From Tetramitus jugosus (lineage: Eukaryota; Protista; Heterolobosea), in the NCBI GenBank assembly GCA_937625935.1, contig OW569376.1, forward strand, positions 372,001-436,000: DNA of 64,000 nt, written 5' to 3'. The notes under the pieces are model-generated. The model did not search any database, had not been told where the DNA came from, and saw only the letters and a list, made by a program, of their open reading frames with translations. The position numbers and the translations under genes are program-made. Positions 33,022-44,066 of the stretch are shown in pieces. Numbering within the stretch: position 1 is the first letter of the stretch; each line of letters starts with the position of its first letter.

Positions 33022-36000
33022 ATGAGCGATAGCACAAAACAGACGCACAAGTCCTACAAGGGACCACGTGCGGGTGTGAAAGCCGACAAGAAAGATGTCA
33101 AAGAAAAGAAAAAGCTTGGATTGTCAACTGATCGTTTCAACTCGAAAGCTTTTGCCTTTTCCAATGGTGTTGCTCAATCAGGAAAGTTGCGCAAATCATT
33201 GGACGTGATGCAAAAGAAACTTCATGTCAAGATTGAGAATAGAGTGTACGGTGAACCACCTCCAAAGCTCGTTGCTGTGGTTGGTCCACCACAATCCGGA
33301 AAGAGCACGCTCATCAAGTCATTGGTGAAGCATTATACGAAGAACAAGTTGTCTGAGGTGACAGGTCCCATTACGGTGAAGACTGGTAAGACGAGACAAA
33401 CGTTTTTTGAGTGTCCAAATGATTTGAATGCCATGATTGATATTTCAAAGGTTGCTGATTTGGTGATTCTTGTGATTGATGCGAGCTATGGTTTTGAAAT
33501 GGTATGAAGATATTTCTTTTTTATGTTGTTAGTTGATTTGATGATTTTTTGGTGTGCTCACACACAAGACTTTTTTTTCACAGGAATCATTTGAATTTTT
33601 GAACGTTTTGCAAACACATGGTTTTACAAGAGTACTCGGTGTGATGACACATTTGGACAAGGTGAAAAAGACGAGACAAGTGAGACAGTTGAAGAAGCGA
33701 ATGAAGCAAAGATTTTGGACCGAAGTTTGTGACGGTGCCAAATTGTTTTACATTTCTGGTACGAGAGGTCAATTGTACACTCCTAGAGAAACACTCAATC
33801 TTTCCAGATACATTACCATTATTAAGCCTAGACCATTGACATGGAGAGCGTCTCATCCAGGTGTGTTGGTTGATCGATTTGAAGACATCACTGATCCTGA
33901 AGAGATTAGACAAAATCAGTACGTCAATAGACATGTGTGTCTGTATGGCTTTGTTCGTGGTACATTCTTGAGAAATGGTATGCCTGTCCATATTCCTGGC
34001 TGTGGTGATTTCCAAATGAAGGAAATTACGAGCTTGGATGATCCGTTGCCAATGGAGGACAAGCAGAAGGGAAAGCTGAAGAGTGATAAAAAGAGAGGCA
34101 TCTATGGTCCAATGAGTAATATGGGAGATTTGTTCTATGATAAAGACAGTGTCTACATTGAGATGGATGATGCTGAGGAAGAGGAGTTTGACAATGGAAA
34201 GCATTTGAGTCAAGAACAGGCAGTTCAAAGAATGCAACAAAAGAAGCTCGTTCAATCAATCATGAGGAAGTCTGACAGTGCCCTCGATGAAAAACTTCAG
34301 AGCCAATCTGTCAAATTGTTCGCAAAGGCAAGCAAGCCAATCGAACTGAAAGAAGAAGACAGTGACGATGAAGAAAATTTCAAAGAAGAAGATTTTGAAA
34401 ATGAGGACAGTGATGCAGAGGACGATGGTAGTGACGGTGATGATGACGATGTCAAGGTCGAAGAAGATCCAAACAGAGTCAGAAGAAGGGCAACATTTGC
34501 TGATGACAGCGAAGCCAAGGAAACCAAATCTGAAAAGGTTGAATATGATGAGGAAGATGACGATGAAAATGCAGATGATGAAGACGTGTTCGATCCAAGC
34601 AAGGGTTCTCTGCGCGTTGGTAAATCTGGAATGTTCGAAGAAGACGAAGATGAAAAAGAAGAATTGAGTGATTTAGAGGATGCTGACGGATTGGGTGATG
34701 CTGCTCAAAAATGGAAGGAGAAGATGATTGAGCATGCTTCTAGCGCCTTTTACTCGACAGATGTGAGTATTCAGAACCTTGTCTATGGCGATTCACTTGA
34801 AATGAGAAAAAAGAAGAAACCTGCCAGCAGCGAAATTTTTGATAGAGACCTCGAAGAGGAAGGAAATTTGTTTGACTTGGCAAAGAGAATCTCCCACAAT
34901 AGAAGCAAGCAGACCCAAGACACTGAAGAAGTTGAAGACATCAATGAGGAGGATCGAACTATCACTCAAGCTGAACCTGAAGATTTGGATTATGATTGGA
35001 ATGACGCTGATTTCCGTGAGACTATCCGAAACAAGTTTGTGACGGGAGATTGGTCTTCAAGAAGAGATGCTGCCTCTCACGGCGCAGCAAAGCCAAAGGC
35101 AGATGCTGACAGTGCCATGAGTGATGACGAGAATGATGAGGGTGAGAACAATGGTGTTGAGGTAGATTATGGTGACAACGACGAGGAGTCTCTCGAAAGA
35201 AAGAGAGAAGAAAAGAAGAAACAGTTCGATCAAACCTTTGATAAGATTAAATCAAAGGATGGTGATGATGAGGATGATGAAGAAGATAATGATCCTAATG
35301 GTCTAACTGTTGAGAAGTGGAGACGGAAGCAACTTGAAGATGATCCACAGACAGTTCTTAACAAAACCGAGTTCGACGGAATGAACAAACAACTGAGAGA
35401 GCAGATTGAAGGTTTTGCTCCTGGAACTTATGTTCGTATTGAAATCACTGATTTTCCACCAGAGTTTGTTCAAAATGTTGACTTCAAGAATCCTATTCTT
35501 GTTGGTGGCATGCATCAAGAGGAGTGTCGTATGGGTTTTATCAAGTTGAGAATGAAGAGACATCGTTGGTTCCCAAAGACCTTGAAGAACAAGGATCCAT
35601 TGATCTTCAGTATTGGATGGCGGCGGTTCCAATCCATTCCAACATATTGTGTTCAAGATGTGAACGGTAGACATAGATCTGTTAAGTACACACCTGATCA
35701 TATGCATTGTATTGCTGCTATCTATGGTCCATATATGCCACAAAACACTGGTATGATTGCCTTCCAGAACCTCTCGAACAAGGTTGACACATTCAGAGTT
35801 GCAGCAACTGGTTATGTCATGGAAATTGATCAAAACTTCCAGATTGTTAAGAAGCTCAAATTGATTGGTTATCCAAAGAAGGTGCACAAGAATACTGCTT
35901 TCATCTCAAAGATGTTCAACAGTTCTCTCGAAATTGCAAAGTATGAGGGAGCATCTTTACGTACCGTGAGTGGTATTCGTGGTCAGGTAAAGAAGGCACT

Positions 36001-36640
36001 CAAGCATGGCGACGACGGAGATTTCCGTGCTACTTTCGAAGACAAGATTCTAATGAGTGATATCGTATTCTTGAGAACTTGGTACCAGTTGGAATTAGAC
36101 AAGTTCTACAATCCAGTCTTGAACCACCTGACAAAGAAGTGGTATGCAATGAGAACAGTGTATCAGTTGAGAAAACTGAGAGGTGAGAGTATTCCAGTTA
36201 ACAAGGATTCCCAGTACCGACCTATCGAGGCTCGTTCAACTGTCGGTCATGACCAAACTTTCATTCCAAAGGCAAACCTTCTCAAGAAGCTTCCTTTCGC
36301 TGCTCAACACAAGAAGGTAGTCGAAAGTACAGGTCTGACAGATGACTTAAAGAAGCATCTGGGAACAAAGGCACCTATCCATGGTTTGACAACCGCATTG
36401 ATGAGCGACAAGGAAGTGGCCCGGGCAAATATGCTCAGAAAGATGCAAGCCATTGATGCAGACAGAAGAAAGAAGCAACAGAAACTTGATGCTAAGCATC
36501 AATTGAAGTTGAAGCAGCAAGAAGTCAAGGAAGAGAGGTTGAGAAACCAGAAGAAGAATATGACGAAGAAGCGTAAATACATTGAACAGGAGATGAGAAG
36601 AGTTAAGAAGGCCAAGTACATCGTGGATGACTCGAAATAA
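33022..36640 (+). CDS. BMS1: Ribosome biogenesis GTPase BMS1; intron 33502-33583
   Basis: GPPQSGKSTLIKSL, ECPNDLNAMIDISKVAD, GFEM|ESFEFLN across a GT-AG intron, GVMTHLD; C-terminal KRHRWFPKTLK, LRTVSGIRGQVKKAL, FEDKILMSD. Confidence 0.97.
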
Positions 36641-36775
36641 ACAGCCACAATTCCTGTCAATGATTTTATTTTGTCAGCTGTCAACTGTAAATCGGACCAG
36701 CCACTTAGTCCGTTTTTACGAAGAGTGCTCAACGGTTTTTGCAGCTCGAAAAGTTTGTTCACAAACGAAAGGTAA

Positions 36776-39700
36776 ATGATGGATCGAATGTCCAACTATA
36801 TGAGTCGTTCTCTTCAACATCCATCGTACATACGAATGAATGGACTGTACTCCCAGCAGGATGCAAAACTGAGTCCTGTTTCTTCGGGGACCAAGCACAA
36901 GGAACTCCCATTTCAGAGCATTATTCCGAAGAATGGTAGTATGGATAGTTTGGATTATGAAGAAGATCAACAACCATTAACCAGTAGAAGAGACTTTAGT
37001 CAACCTAGATTATCGAGCAATGAAACTATGGTGGGAGCCAATTTCCAAACTGTGGTTCGAATTCGTCCTTCTGCGAAAGGCAGTGGTGTTCCCGACGAGA
37101 ATGCATCTTCTTTGAAGATTATTAATATGGACGAGGATATGAAAACTCTAATAGTTAATCGAAATTTAGGCACTGCTGTATCTGACAGATATCCAACCTA
37201 TCAATTCACTTTCGATCGAGTATTCGACGAGTATACGAATCAACAAATATTCTATCAATCTACATGTCGTCCGTTGGTTCGAGGGTTATTCAGTGGAAAT
37301 AATTCCACAATATTTGCTTATGGTCAAACACGATCTGGTAAGAAACACACACTTGAAGGTGTTCTCGACAGCGACCGAAGAGGTATTATTCCTCGTGTTG
37401 TTGAGGATATATTTGCCACTCTTCGCACGTTGGATCAATCAATGAATGCCCCGAAATTTAATGTCAAAGTGTGCTATATTCAAGTCTACAATGATGTAGT
37501 GTCTGATCTTTTGAACCCCAATACTCACAATTTGAAAATTATTGATGACAAGTCGAAAACTGCTTCTCATATTTCTGGGGCGAAGTACAGAATTTTGAAA
37601 GATCCATCTGATATCTACAACATATTAAAATCAGGAAGGAACAATAGAGGGGTAGCAAGTGGTGTGAAACCACCTGATCTCTACGCTAGAAGCCACTCAG
37701 TTCTATCAATTATGTTGGAACAAGTGGGCATGAACTCTACTAACTTGCTAAAGAGTAAGATTCACTTCGTCACTTTAGCTGGAGCCGAAAGAGCCCGAGA
37801 TTTCGCAGGCATATCGAGTAATTCCTCTAAGAGTGATGACGGCGCTAAAATTGCTATGACATTTAATGCTTTAGCCACTATCATTGCTTTCTTAAGTAGG
37901 AGCGGAAGTAGGCACATTCCCTATCGAGACTCGAAGCTGACACATATACTGAAGGATAGCTTAAGCAACAATGCTCTTTGTTTATTTATTGCAACTATCT
38001 ATCCTATACAAGAGAATTACAATGAAACCCTTGCTTCTTTGAAGTATGCTTCGAGGATTAGACAGAGTTCAACTCTGATAACAACAATATCACCAAGTAG
38101 CGCTGATGGTGAAATCAATACTTTTATGGGGAGTAATGATTCAACAAATTCCTCCTACGACAACCATAGAGCAAGAATGAGCGAAAGGTCTCAAAGTGTT
38201 CCCAATCTAGGGATAGTGCGGAAACCAGAAAGACAGTCTTCTCACCCATCATTGATAATTGACCGCCCGTTACAAGTTCAACGACAAGATCAGAAGCTTA
38301 GTCAGATAGTCGATTCACCTGTTGTCCAGCAATCCCCTCGGTCAACCCACTTTCAACCAAAGAGTCCATCCTCAGAGCTGATCAGCATACGATCGCCCAT
38401 CAGACCTCAACAACTTCAGTTTTCCCCTGCTCGAAGCGATGTTGTATTTGATGAATACACAAGATCACCGAGTGGTCAAGACGAGGAACTGAAAAGGGAA
38501 TTGTTACTATCTCCAAGTAAGATTGCAACCGAGTTACGCGATGAGAACGAAAGTTTGAAAGAAGCAATCTGTAACATGAAGATCGAGATAGAAGAATTGA
38601 ACAATCAAAAAGAGGAATACAAATCCCAGAGTGAGAAATTGAATCAGATTGTAAAAAAATTAGCTCAGGAGAGATTGACTTTCAAACAAAGCTATGAAGA
38701 ATTCGAGGAGGAAAACAATAGATTGAAGAAAGAAATAAGCAACATGGCGGAGAGACTAGACACTCAACAACCTGATTCCCCTTCACCTATGAAAGTTGGG
38801 GAGATTTATACTGAAAATTTACGTCTGGACAAGGAAGTTAGTGAGCTGAAAGGTATGATGCTGAAAGTATCGAATAACTTGGCATCAGCAGAAATTGAAA
38901 ATCTCAAGTTGAAGACAAATATAGAAGAACTTACTATTTCAAACGAGGAATTGAGTGAGAAGAAACAACATCTGGAAAAGATCGTCACAGTTAAGGGAGG
39001 AGAATTGATTGAACTACAGAAAACATTAGATCAATTAAGATTTAATACTCCTGTAAGAAGCAAATCGCCGTTGAAGATATTAGCAAGAAGTGCCTCTTCA
39101 CCTTCTGTATCTGTCGCCTTTAGCCCTTCCTCTGATGCCTCTGTCAATACAGATATCTCTTCTGTTGATGCAGCTATAGTTGTCAGTGAAGTGGAAGATA
39201 TTGTCCAACGTTCCAAAGAATTAGAAGAGACTATCGATCGCCTTGAATTGAGAGTTGCTGGATTAATGGAGGAGAAGGAAAGAAGCAACCTTAATCTAGC
39301 CAAACGAGAGGAAGAATTAAGTGAAATCCATGTTGAGATTGAAAAATTGACTACACTGCTTCCTGGTAACAATATAGTAGGTGGACAACTGTCTCTCTTA
39401 TCTTCAATATCGGAACTAAGTTCCAATATGAACCGATTGAGAGAAGAGCGAAATGAACTTAAATCCAAATTAATCGTTGCAGAAGCAAGGATGACTGCAA
39501 GTAGTGACAAGTTTGAAAAGAAAAGGCAAGATTATGAATCAGATGTTAGAGTATTGACCGAAAATGTTCAGAAGTTGATCAATGAGTTGAGGATAGCCAA
39601 TGTGGAAAGTGAGAAATTGAGAGATTTAATGCCAGATAAAAAAGTGGAGGATGATCGTTTCTCTCTCTTATCTTCACTGTCCGAACTGAGTGTCAGTATG

Positions 39701-41059
39701 AATAGATTGAAAGAGGAAAATATTGAGCTTAAATCCAAACTTGCAACCGCGGAGATCAATCTTGCTGATCAAATCGAAGATTATGAGAAGAAAACCCAGT
39801 ATTATCAAACGCACATTAGTGAGTTAACAACAAGACTAGATAATAGAATAGAAGAAAGTAAGAAAAATAATATCGAGATTGGAAGATTAAAAGTCTCTGC
39901 ATCTGCACCTGATAGAAGGATAGAAGATGATCGCGTTTCTCTGATATCCTCTATCTCTGAATTAAATGCAAAGGTAAACGGGTTGAGAGATGAGAGAGAC
40001 GATCTGAAAGTAAAGATATCTATGATGGAGACCAATATTGCTCTTAGGATTGATGAATATGAAAAGAAGATTGAGATGTATGAAGGAGACATTAGGGTGT
40101 TGGCAATCAATTTAGAGAGCGCTATGGAAGCAATCTCCAAGCTCAAACAACACATTTTGACAATAGACAACGAACTCAATGTCGCGAACCAATCCTGTAA
40201 TTCTCAGTCAGAATTGATCGCTCAGTTTGAAACAGAAACAAAAGAGCTGGAGGCTGAAATAGAGACTCTCAGAAACGAATGTAGAATTAAGGATACAACT
40301 TTGTTAGAACAAAGCACCGAAATAGAGAACTTGAAACTGGATCTGAAATCAATGGACAATAGAGCGAAACAAATGGAGTCTGAACAGCTGATACTGAAGA
40401 ACCAAGTTGGCAACCTCAATGTCCACGTAGATTGTATTCAGAGTGAAAAGGACAATAATGGGGCGGAGTTAAATCGCCTTAAGATTGAAGTAGAAGAATT
40501 CTACGTCCAAGTAGGGGAGTTAGAAAAAGCAAAAGTAGTGTTGAATACTGAGAGGAATGACCTCCATAGCCAACTCAAATCGCTGCATCTTCAGATATCT
40601 GAGGAACAGAATGAAAGAAGGAAACTTCAACTTCAATTTGCAGATGCGAAATCCGAACTAGAATCCTTATCCTCAGAAAACACAGAAGCAAAGAACAAGA
40701 TGGTTCAGTATGAGCTAATTCTAATGGAGAAGAATTGTGAAATCGATAGACTCATGGTTTCGCTGTCCAAAGCAGAGGATTCGTACATGGCTATCGCTGA
40801 TAAATTGAATGTTGTTCAAGACACAAATTCTGAGGAGAAGAGCAGGTTAGAGCTCGAGATACTCAGATTGTATGATGAACTGTCTGACCGAAGTAAGCAA
40901 ATGCAATTGAAGGACGCTAGTTTGTTTGTGGCTAGCTCCGAGATGGAGAAGCTCAAAATGATCGTGGAAGACACAGAAAATGAATTAGAAAAGGTGAAAC
41001 AGGTCAACACAATAACAAGTAATGAAGTGAAGAGTATCATTCATTCATTTGGTCTGTAA
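36776..41059 (+). CDS. Kinesin-family protein with divergent N-terminal motor domain and long coiled coil
   Basis: VVRIRP, FTFDRVF, TIFAYGQTRSGKKHT, GIIPR, ARSHS, TLAGAER, HIPYRDSKLTHILKDSL, ETLASLKYASRI. Confidence 0.92.
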   Translation: MMDRMSNYMSRSLQHPSYIRMNGLYSQQDAKLSPVSSGTKHKELPFQSIIPKNGSMDSLDYEEDQQPLTSRRDFSQPRLSSNETMVGANFQTVVRIRPSAKGSGVPDENASSLKIINMDEDMKTLIVNRNLGTAVSDRYPTYQFTFDRVFDEYTNQQIFYQSTCRPLVRGLFSGNNSTIFAYGQTRSGKKHTLEGVLDSDRRGIIPRVVEDIFATLRTLDQSMNAPKFNVKVCYIQVYNDVVSDLLNPNTHNLKIIDDKSKTASHISGAKYRILKDPSDIYNILKSGRNNRGVASGVKPPDLYARSHSVLSIMLEQVGMNSTNLLKSKIHFVTLAGAERARDFAGISSNSSKSDDGAKIAMTFNALATIIAFLSRSGSRHIPYRDSKLTHILKDSLSNNALCLFIATIYPIQENYNETLASLKYASRIRQSSTLITTISPSSADGEINTFMGSNDSTNSSYDNHRARMSERSQSVPNLGIVRKPERQSSHPSLIIDRPLQVQRQDQKLSQIVDSPVVQQSPRSTHFQPKSPSSELISIRSPIRPQQLQFSPARSDVVFDEYTRSPSGQDEELKRELLLSPSKIATELRDENESLKEAICNMKIEIEELNNQKEEYKSQSEKLNQIVKKLAQERLTFKQSYEEFEEENNRLKKEISNMAERLDTQQPDSPSPMKVGEIYTENLRLDKEVSELKGMMLKVSNNLASAEIENLKLKTNIEELTISNEELSEKKQHLEKIVTVKGGELIELQKTLDQLRFNTPVRSKSPLKILARSASSPSVSVAFSPSSDASVNTDISSVDAAIVVSEVEDIVQRSKELEETIDRLELRVAGLMEEKERSNLNLAKREEELSEIHVEIEKLTTLLPGNNIVGGQLSLLSSISELSSNMNRLREERNELKSKLIVAEARMTASSDKFEKKRQDYESDVRVLTENVQKLINELRIANVESEKLRDLMPDKKVEDDRFSLLSSLSELSVSMNRLKEENIELKSKLATAEINLADQIEDYEKKTQYYQTHISELTTRLDNRIEESKKNNIEIGRLKVSASAPDRRIEDDRVSLISSISELNAKVNGLRDERDDLKVKISMMETNIALRIDEYEKKIEMYEGDIRVLAINLESAMEAISKLKQHILTIDNELNVANQSCNSQSELIAQFETETKELEAEIETLRNECRIKDTTLLEQSTEIENLKLDLKSMDNRAKQMESEQLILKNQVGNLNVHVDCIQSEKDNNGAELNRLKIEVEEFYVQVGELEKAKVVLNTERNDLHSQLKSLHLQISEEQNERRKLQLQFADAKSELESLSSENTEAKNKMVQYELILMEKNCEIDRLMVSLSKAEDSYMAIADKLNVVQDTNSEEKSRLELEILRLYDELSDRSKQMQLKDASLFVASSEMEKLKMIVEDTENELEKVKQVNTITSNEVKSIIHSFGL
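39392..40130 (+). repeat. Three ~90-aa (270-276 nt) internal repeats in the kinesin stalk
   Basis: SLLSSISELSSNMNRLREERNELKSKL / SLLSSLSELSVSMNRLKEENIELKSKL / SLISSISELNAKVNGLRDERDDLKVKI starting near 39392, 39662 and 39938. Confidence 0.8.
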
Positions 41060-41095
41060 GCAGAGCTTCTCTCAAAGTAAATAAAATAGTTTAAT

Positions 41096-41545
41096 TTAAT
41101 TCAAATTAGTGAATGGACTTGGCTGATCCACACGATTCACAAGATTATGCAACGGCAAGAACAAATTGTCCTTGTACTGCTCATTGCTTCTCAGTTCATC
41201 CCACTCGATCCATCTCCAGAACTCATTCTTGTGAGGCTCCAGATTCTGAGGCTCCTGTTCTGGATCCTTCAACTCTGCCAGCATGAAGATGGTAATATAG
41301 TGCTTTCCATCTTGTTCCATGTAATCATTTGTACAGGCAAAGAATGACGAGTGGCTCACCTCTAATCCAGTCTCCTCCTTTACTTCTCTTGCACAACATT
41401 GTTCCCATTGTTCTCCAAACTCCAGATGACCGCCTGGTAACTGGATCTTAGAAACTCCGTGAGATCCCTTTCTTTGACCAATTAGAATCAAATTGGGTTG
41501 CTTTTTGATGATGCATGCCACACCTACTCTCACAACGTTTGTCAT
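41096..41545 (-). CDS. NUDT15: Nudix hydrolase, NUDT15/MTH2-like
   Basis: RVGVACII, GQRKGSHG, LPGGHLEFGE...REVKEETGL, HYITIFM, PQNLEPHK..W.W. Confidence 0.88.
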   Translation of the reverse strand: MTNVVRVGVACIIKKQPNLILIGQRKGSHGVSKIQLPGGHLEFGEQWEQCCAREVKEETGLEVSHSSFFACTNDYMEQDGKHYITIFMLAELKDPEQEPQNLEPHKNEFWRWIEWDELRSNEQYKDNLFLPLHNLVNRVDQPSPFTNLN

Positions 41546-41907
41546 TGTTTGTTGTTGCTATCGGGAAAATACACGGGATTTTTCAAATAGATGTCAGACT
41601 AATACCAAACCATTCTTCGAAGCATCCCGGATTATGTCGCCAGCCTTTCCTCTTGATGACTTGGACTCTGGTGAACCATTCACCAAAATCCGAACCAATC
41701 TTCTTTGCCAAGAGTCATCACACTTTCCAGTGATGATGACCTCCTTGCTGCTTGGCGCAGTTCCTCTTGGTGCTGTGGTCCACACAGCATAGCGTGGATT
41801 CTCATACTCACGAACAACAGGGGTGTGTGTTCGTTTTTTCATCGGCGTTTTTATCAACGTTTTGCCCCCTTAGGCCCTAAAATTGTGAAAACTACGATCA
41901 AATATCA

Positions 41908-41990
41908 GCACTCTTGTCCGAGCGGTCAAGGAGCCTGACTAGAAATCAGGTACGGGAAACCGTGCGTAGGTTCAAATCCTACAGAGTGCG
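41908..41990 (+). tRNA. tRNA-Ser (anticodon AGA)
   Basis: Acceptor stem GCACTCT/AGAGTGC, discriminator G, anticodon arm CCTGA-CTAGAAA-TCAGG, long variable arm, T-arm GTAGG-TTCAAAT-CCTAC; TTTT Pol III terminator at 41997-42000. Confidence 0.97.
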
Positions 41991-42130
41991 AATACCTTTT
42001 AGTATTTTGGGAACTTGTCAAATACAACAAGTAAGATTGTTCAGTTAGGTGTTTATAAGTTTCTTTCTGGCATCTTTGCAGGTTTGTTGTGGCAAATAAT
42101 GATTTATCTTGTGAGCAGGTAAGTATAGAA

Positions 42131-43540
42131 CTACTGCTCCTCATTTATAAAATCATGATCTGTGTGATCATCGTCAGCTGCCTGATTATGATGATGAGTT
42201 GATGCAGTTGCTTCATCCTCCATCATCTCTTCAATCTCCTCCTCCGAGCACGGTGTTCCATCTGCATTGTACCTGAATGCTCTAGGGCGCTTCCTATGTG
42301 CAGTCAAACTCGTCGACACAGAATTCATGAGCAGCAAAGGTATCATTGCTGCAATAGCAATGATTGACGAAGCCATAATGAACCCAAATCCATTCTTCAC
42401 TCTTGTACATGTGCGCGAAGAGACCTTGCACAGTCCAGTCACCTTATCACTCTTTTCAAAGCTGCGCTTGGAGTCAATGGAGCTCACAAGGCACACCAAG
42501 CTATAAAAAATGAACAAAACAACAAACACGTGAGCAATAAACAGTGGAATGAGCTTTGCCAACGGGAATGCATTCGTTCTCGTGTGCCTCCACTTTTTTA
42601 GAGTCACTGGTGAACCACTGTTCCAAGAGGCAACAGTATTCTCGTGCTTGAGTGCTGCTCCACTCAACAACCATGACAAATAGCTTACAATCACACAAAT
42701 GAACAGTAAGCTAGGCAACAGTAGATACATGGGATGAAAACGGAATGATTCATACAGGAAATCACTTCCATTGAATTGAATAACACCGTCTCTGTATGGT
42801 GTGAGCAAAACGAGTCCAGGCACCGATAAGCCCAACGCAATCGTAGCCAATACACCGCTCAAAATCGGAGAAAATCGTCGGACAATCTCAAATGGCCGCT
42901 GAGAAAAAAGTGAGCCTCGATAATCAAAGAAGCCATAGGTTCCCTTGGAGTCTGATGCGTCCTGTTGTTGTTGCTGATGTTGCTGTTGCATATTCACATG
43001 TTTTTGATGCTTATGATGGTGATGATTGTCATCATCCACTGGTGAAAGTGCAATGGTTGAATAATGTTTTTGTTGTTGTTGTGGTGACAATGGTTTTTTC
43101 ATCATTTTTAGACTACCACTACCATTTTGATGATGATGATGATGATAATCCGATTCTTCCAATGTGACTTCATCCAAAGCAGCCATGTTTTGCATGTGAA
43201 TCGCAGCCACTTGTTCATGAATTCTAGAGATTTTGGGTGATACAGTCGTAGGAGTCGATGGACTCATTGACCCAAACAAATCATTTTCTTCATTATTATT
43301 ATTGTTATTATTGTTATAATTATTATTATTATAGTTGTTATTGTTGTTACTATCAGTTCGTACGTGATAATCTGCTCTGTGCACGTGATGATGATGATGT
43401 TGAGTCATGTGAGAGGGTGATGAAGGTTGTGGAGAGTTGGGAGCGTTCATGGGTGATAAATGATACGCTGGTTCAATTTGCATCCGTTCAGCTGTTACTT
43501 CATCAAATGGATTGTCATGTTTTTCTTGTACGAAGGCCAT
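42131..43540 (-). CDS. Four-TM membrane protein with His/Asn/Gln-rich N-terminus
   Basis: Four hydrophobic segments, two Cys in the last loop (TGLCKVSSRTC); similar layout to 54256-55317. Confidence 0.75.
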   Translation of the reverse strand: MAFVQEKHDNPFDEVTAERMQIEPAYHLSPMNAPNSPQPSSPSHMTQHHHHHVHRADYHVRTDSNNNNNYNNNNYNNNNNNNNEENDLFGSMSPSTPTTVSPKISRIHEQVAAIHMQNMAALDEVTLEESDYHHHHHQNGSGSLKMMKKPLSPQQQQKHYSTIALSPVDDDNHHHHKHQKHVNMQQQHQQQQQDASDSKGTYGFFDYRGSLFSQRPFEIVRRFSPILSGVLATIALGLSVPGLVLLTPYRDGVIQFNGSDFLYESFRFHPMYLLLPSLLFICVIVSYLSWLLSGAALKHENTVASWNSGSPVTLKKWRHTRTNAFPLAKLIPLFIAHVFVVLFIFYSLVCLVSSIDSKRSFEKSDKVTGLCKVSSRTCTRVKNGFGFIMASSIIAIAAMIPLLLMNSVSTSLTAHRKRPRAFRYNADGTPCSEEEIEEMMEDEATASTHHHNQAADDDHTDHDFINEEQ

Positions 43541-44066
43541 TGTTTGAGAATCAATAGTGTTGTTGGTGGTTTTTGTGATTTGTGCGTGTTTTTTAAAATA
43601 TTATTATTGGTGTACTTGTTGTTCGTCGTTCGTTGCTCAATGACTTTTTGTTGTTTGATTGGCTTTTTTTGAGATTTCGCGGCTTTTCAAGTCGGCGGGA
43701 AGACCAAAAAATCTTCTTGGGGGAAGAATCTTGTTCCACTGTCTGTGTCGAATCGATGTCCGTTGAGTTGAATACGGTCCGTACACTGGTTTGTGACACA
43801 TGCAAGAAGAATAATGGAATGAAAAATAACTTTCAATAAGTTATAGAGGATTTGTATTACAATTGTGTTTCTGTTTGTGGGGGTGTTGAACAATGACAAT
43901 CTTTTGTCACAATGTGACCCACCACAGTGTTAAAAAGAGGATGTGAGGTTTTGGCCTACTAGAAAAACCTACAAAAAATGATACATGGGGATACATGCTA
44001 TGTGTATCTGCTGCAGCTGAGGATTGTCCCTCATTCCCAAATAACATCACTCTCTGTGTTGTTTGT

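Noticed and set aside
41655-41719. GATGACTTGG...CCAAGAGTCATC hairpin as a SECIS or C/D snoRNA
   Set aside because: No proper SECIS core or apical AA geometry, no matching D box, and no upstream selenoprotein.
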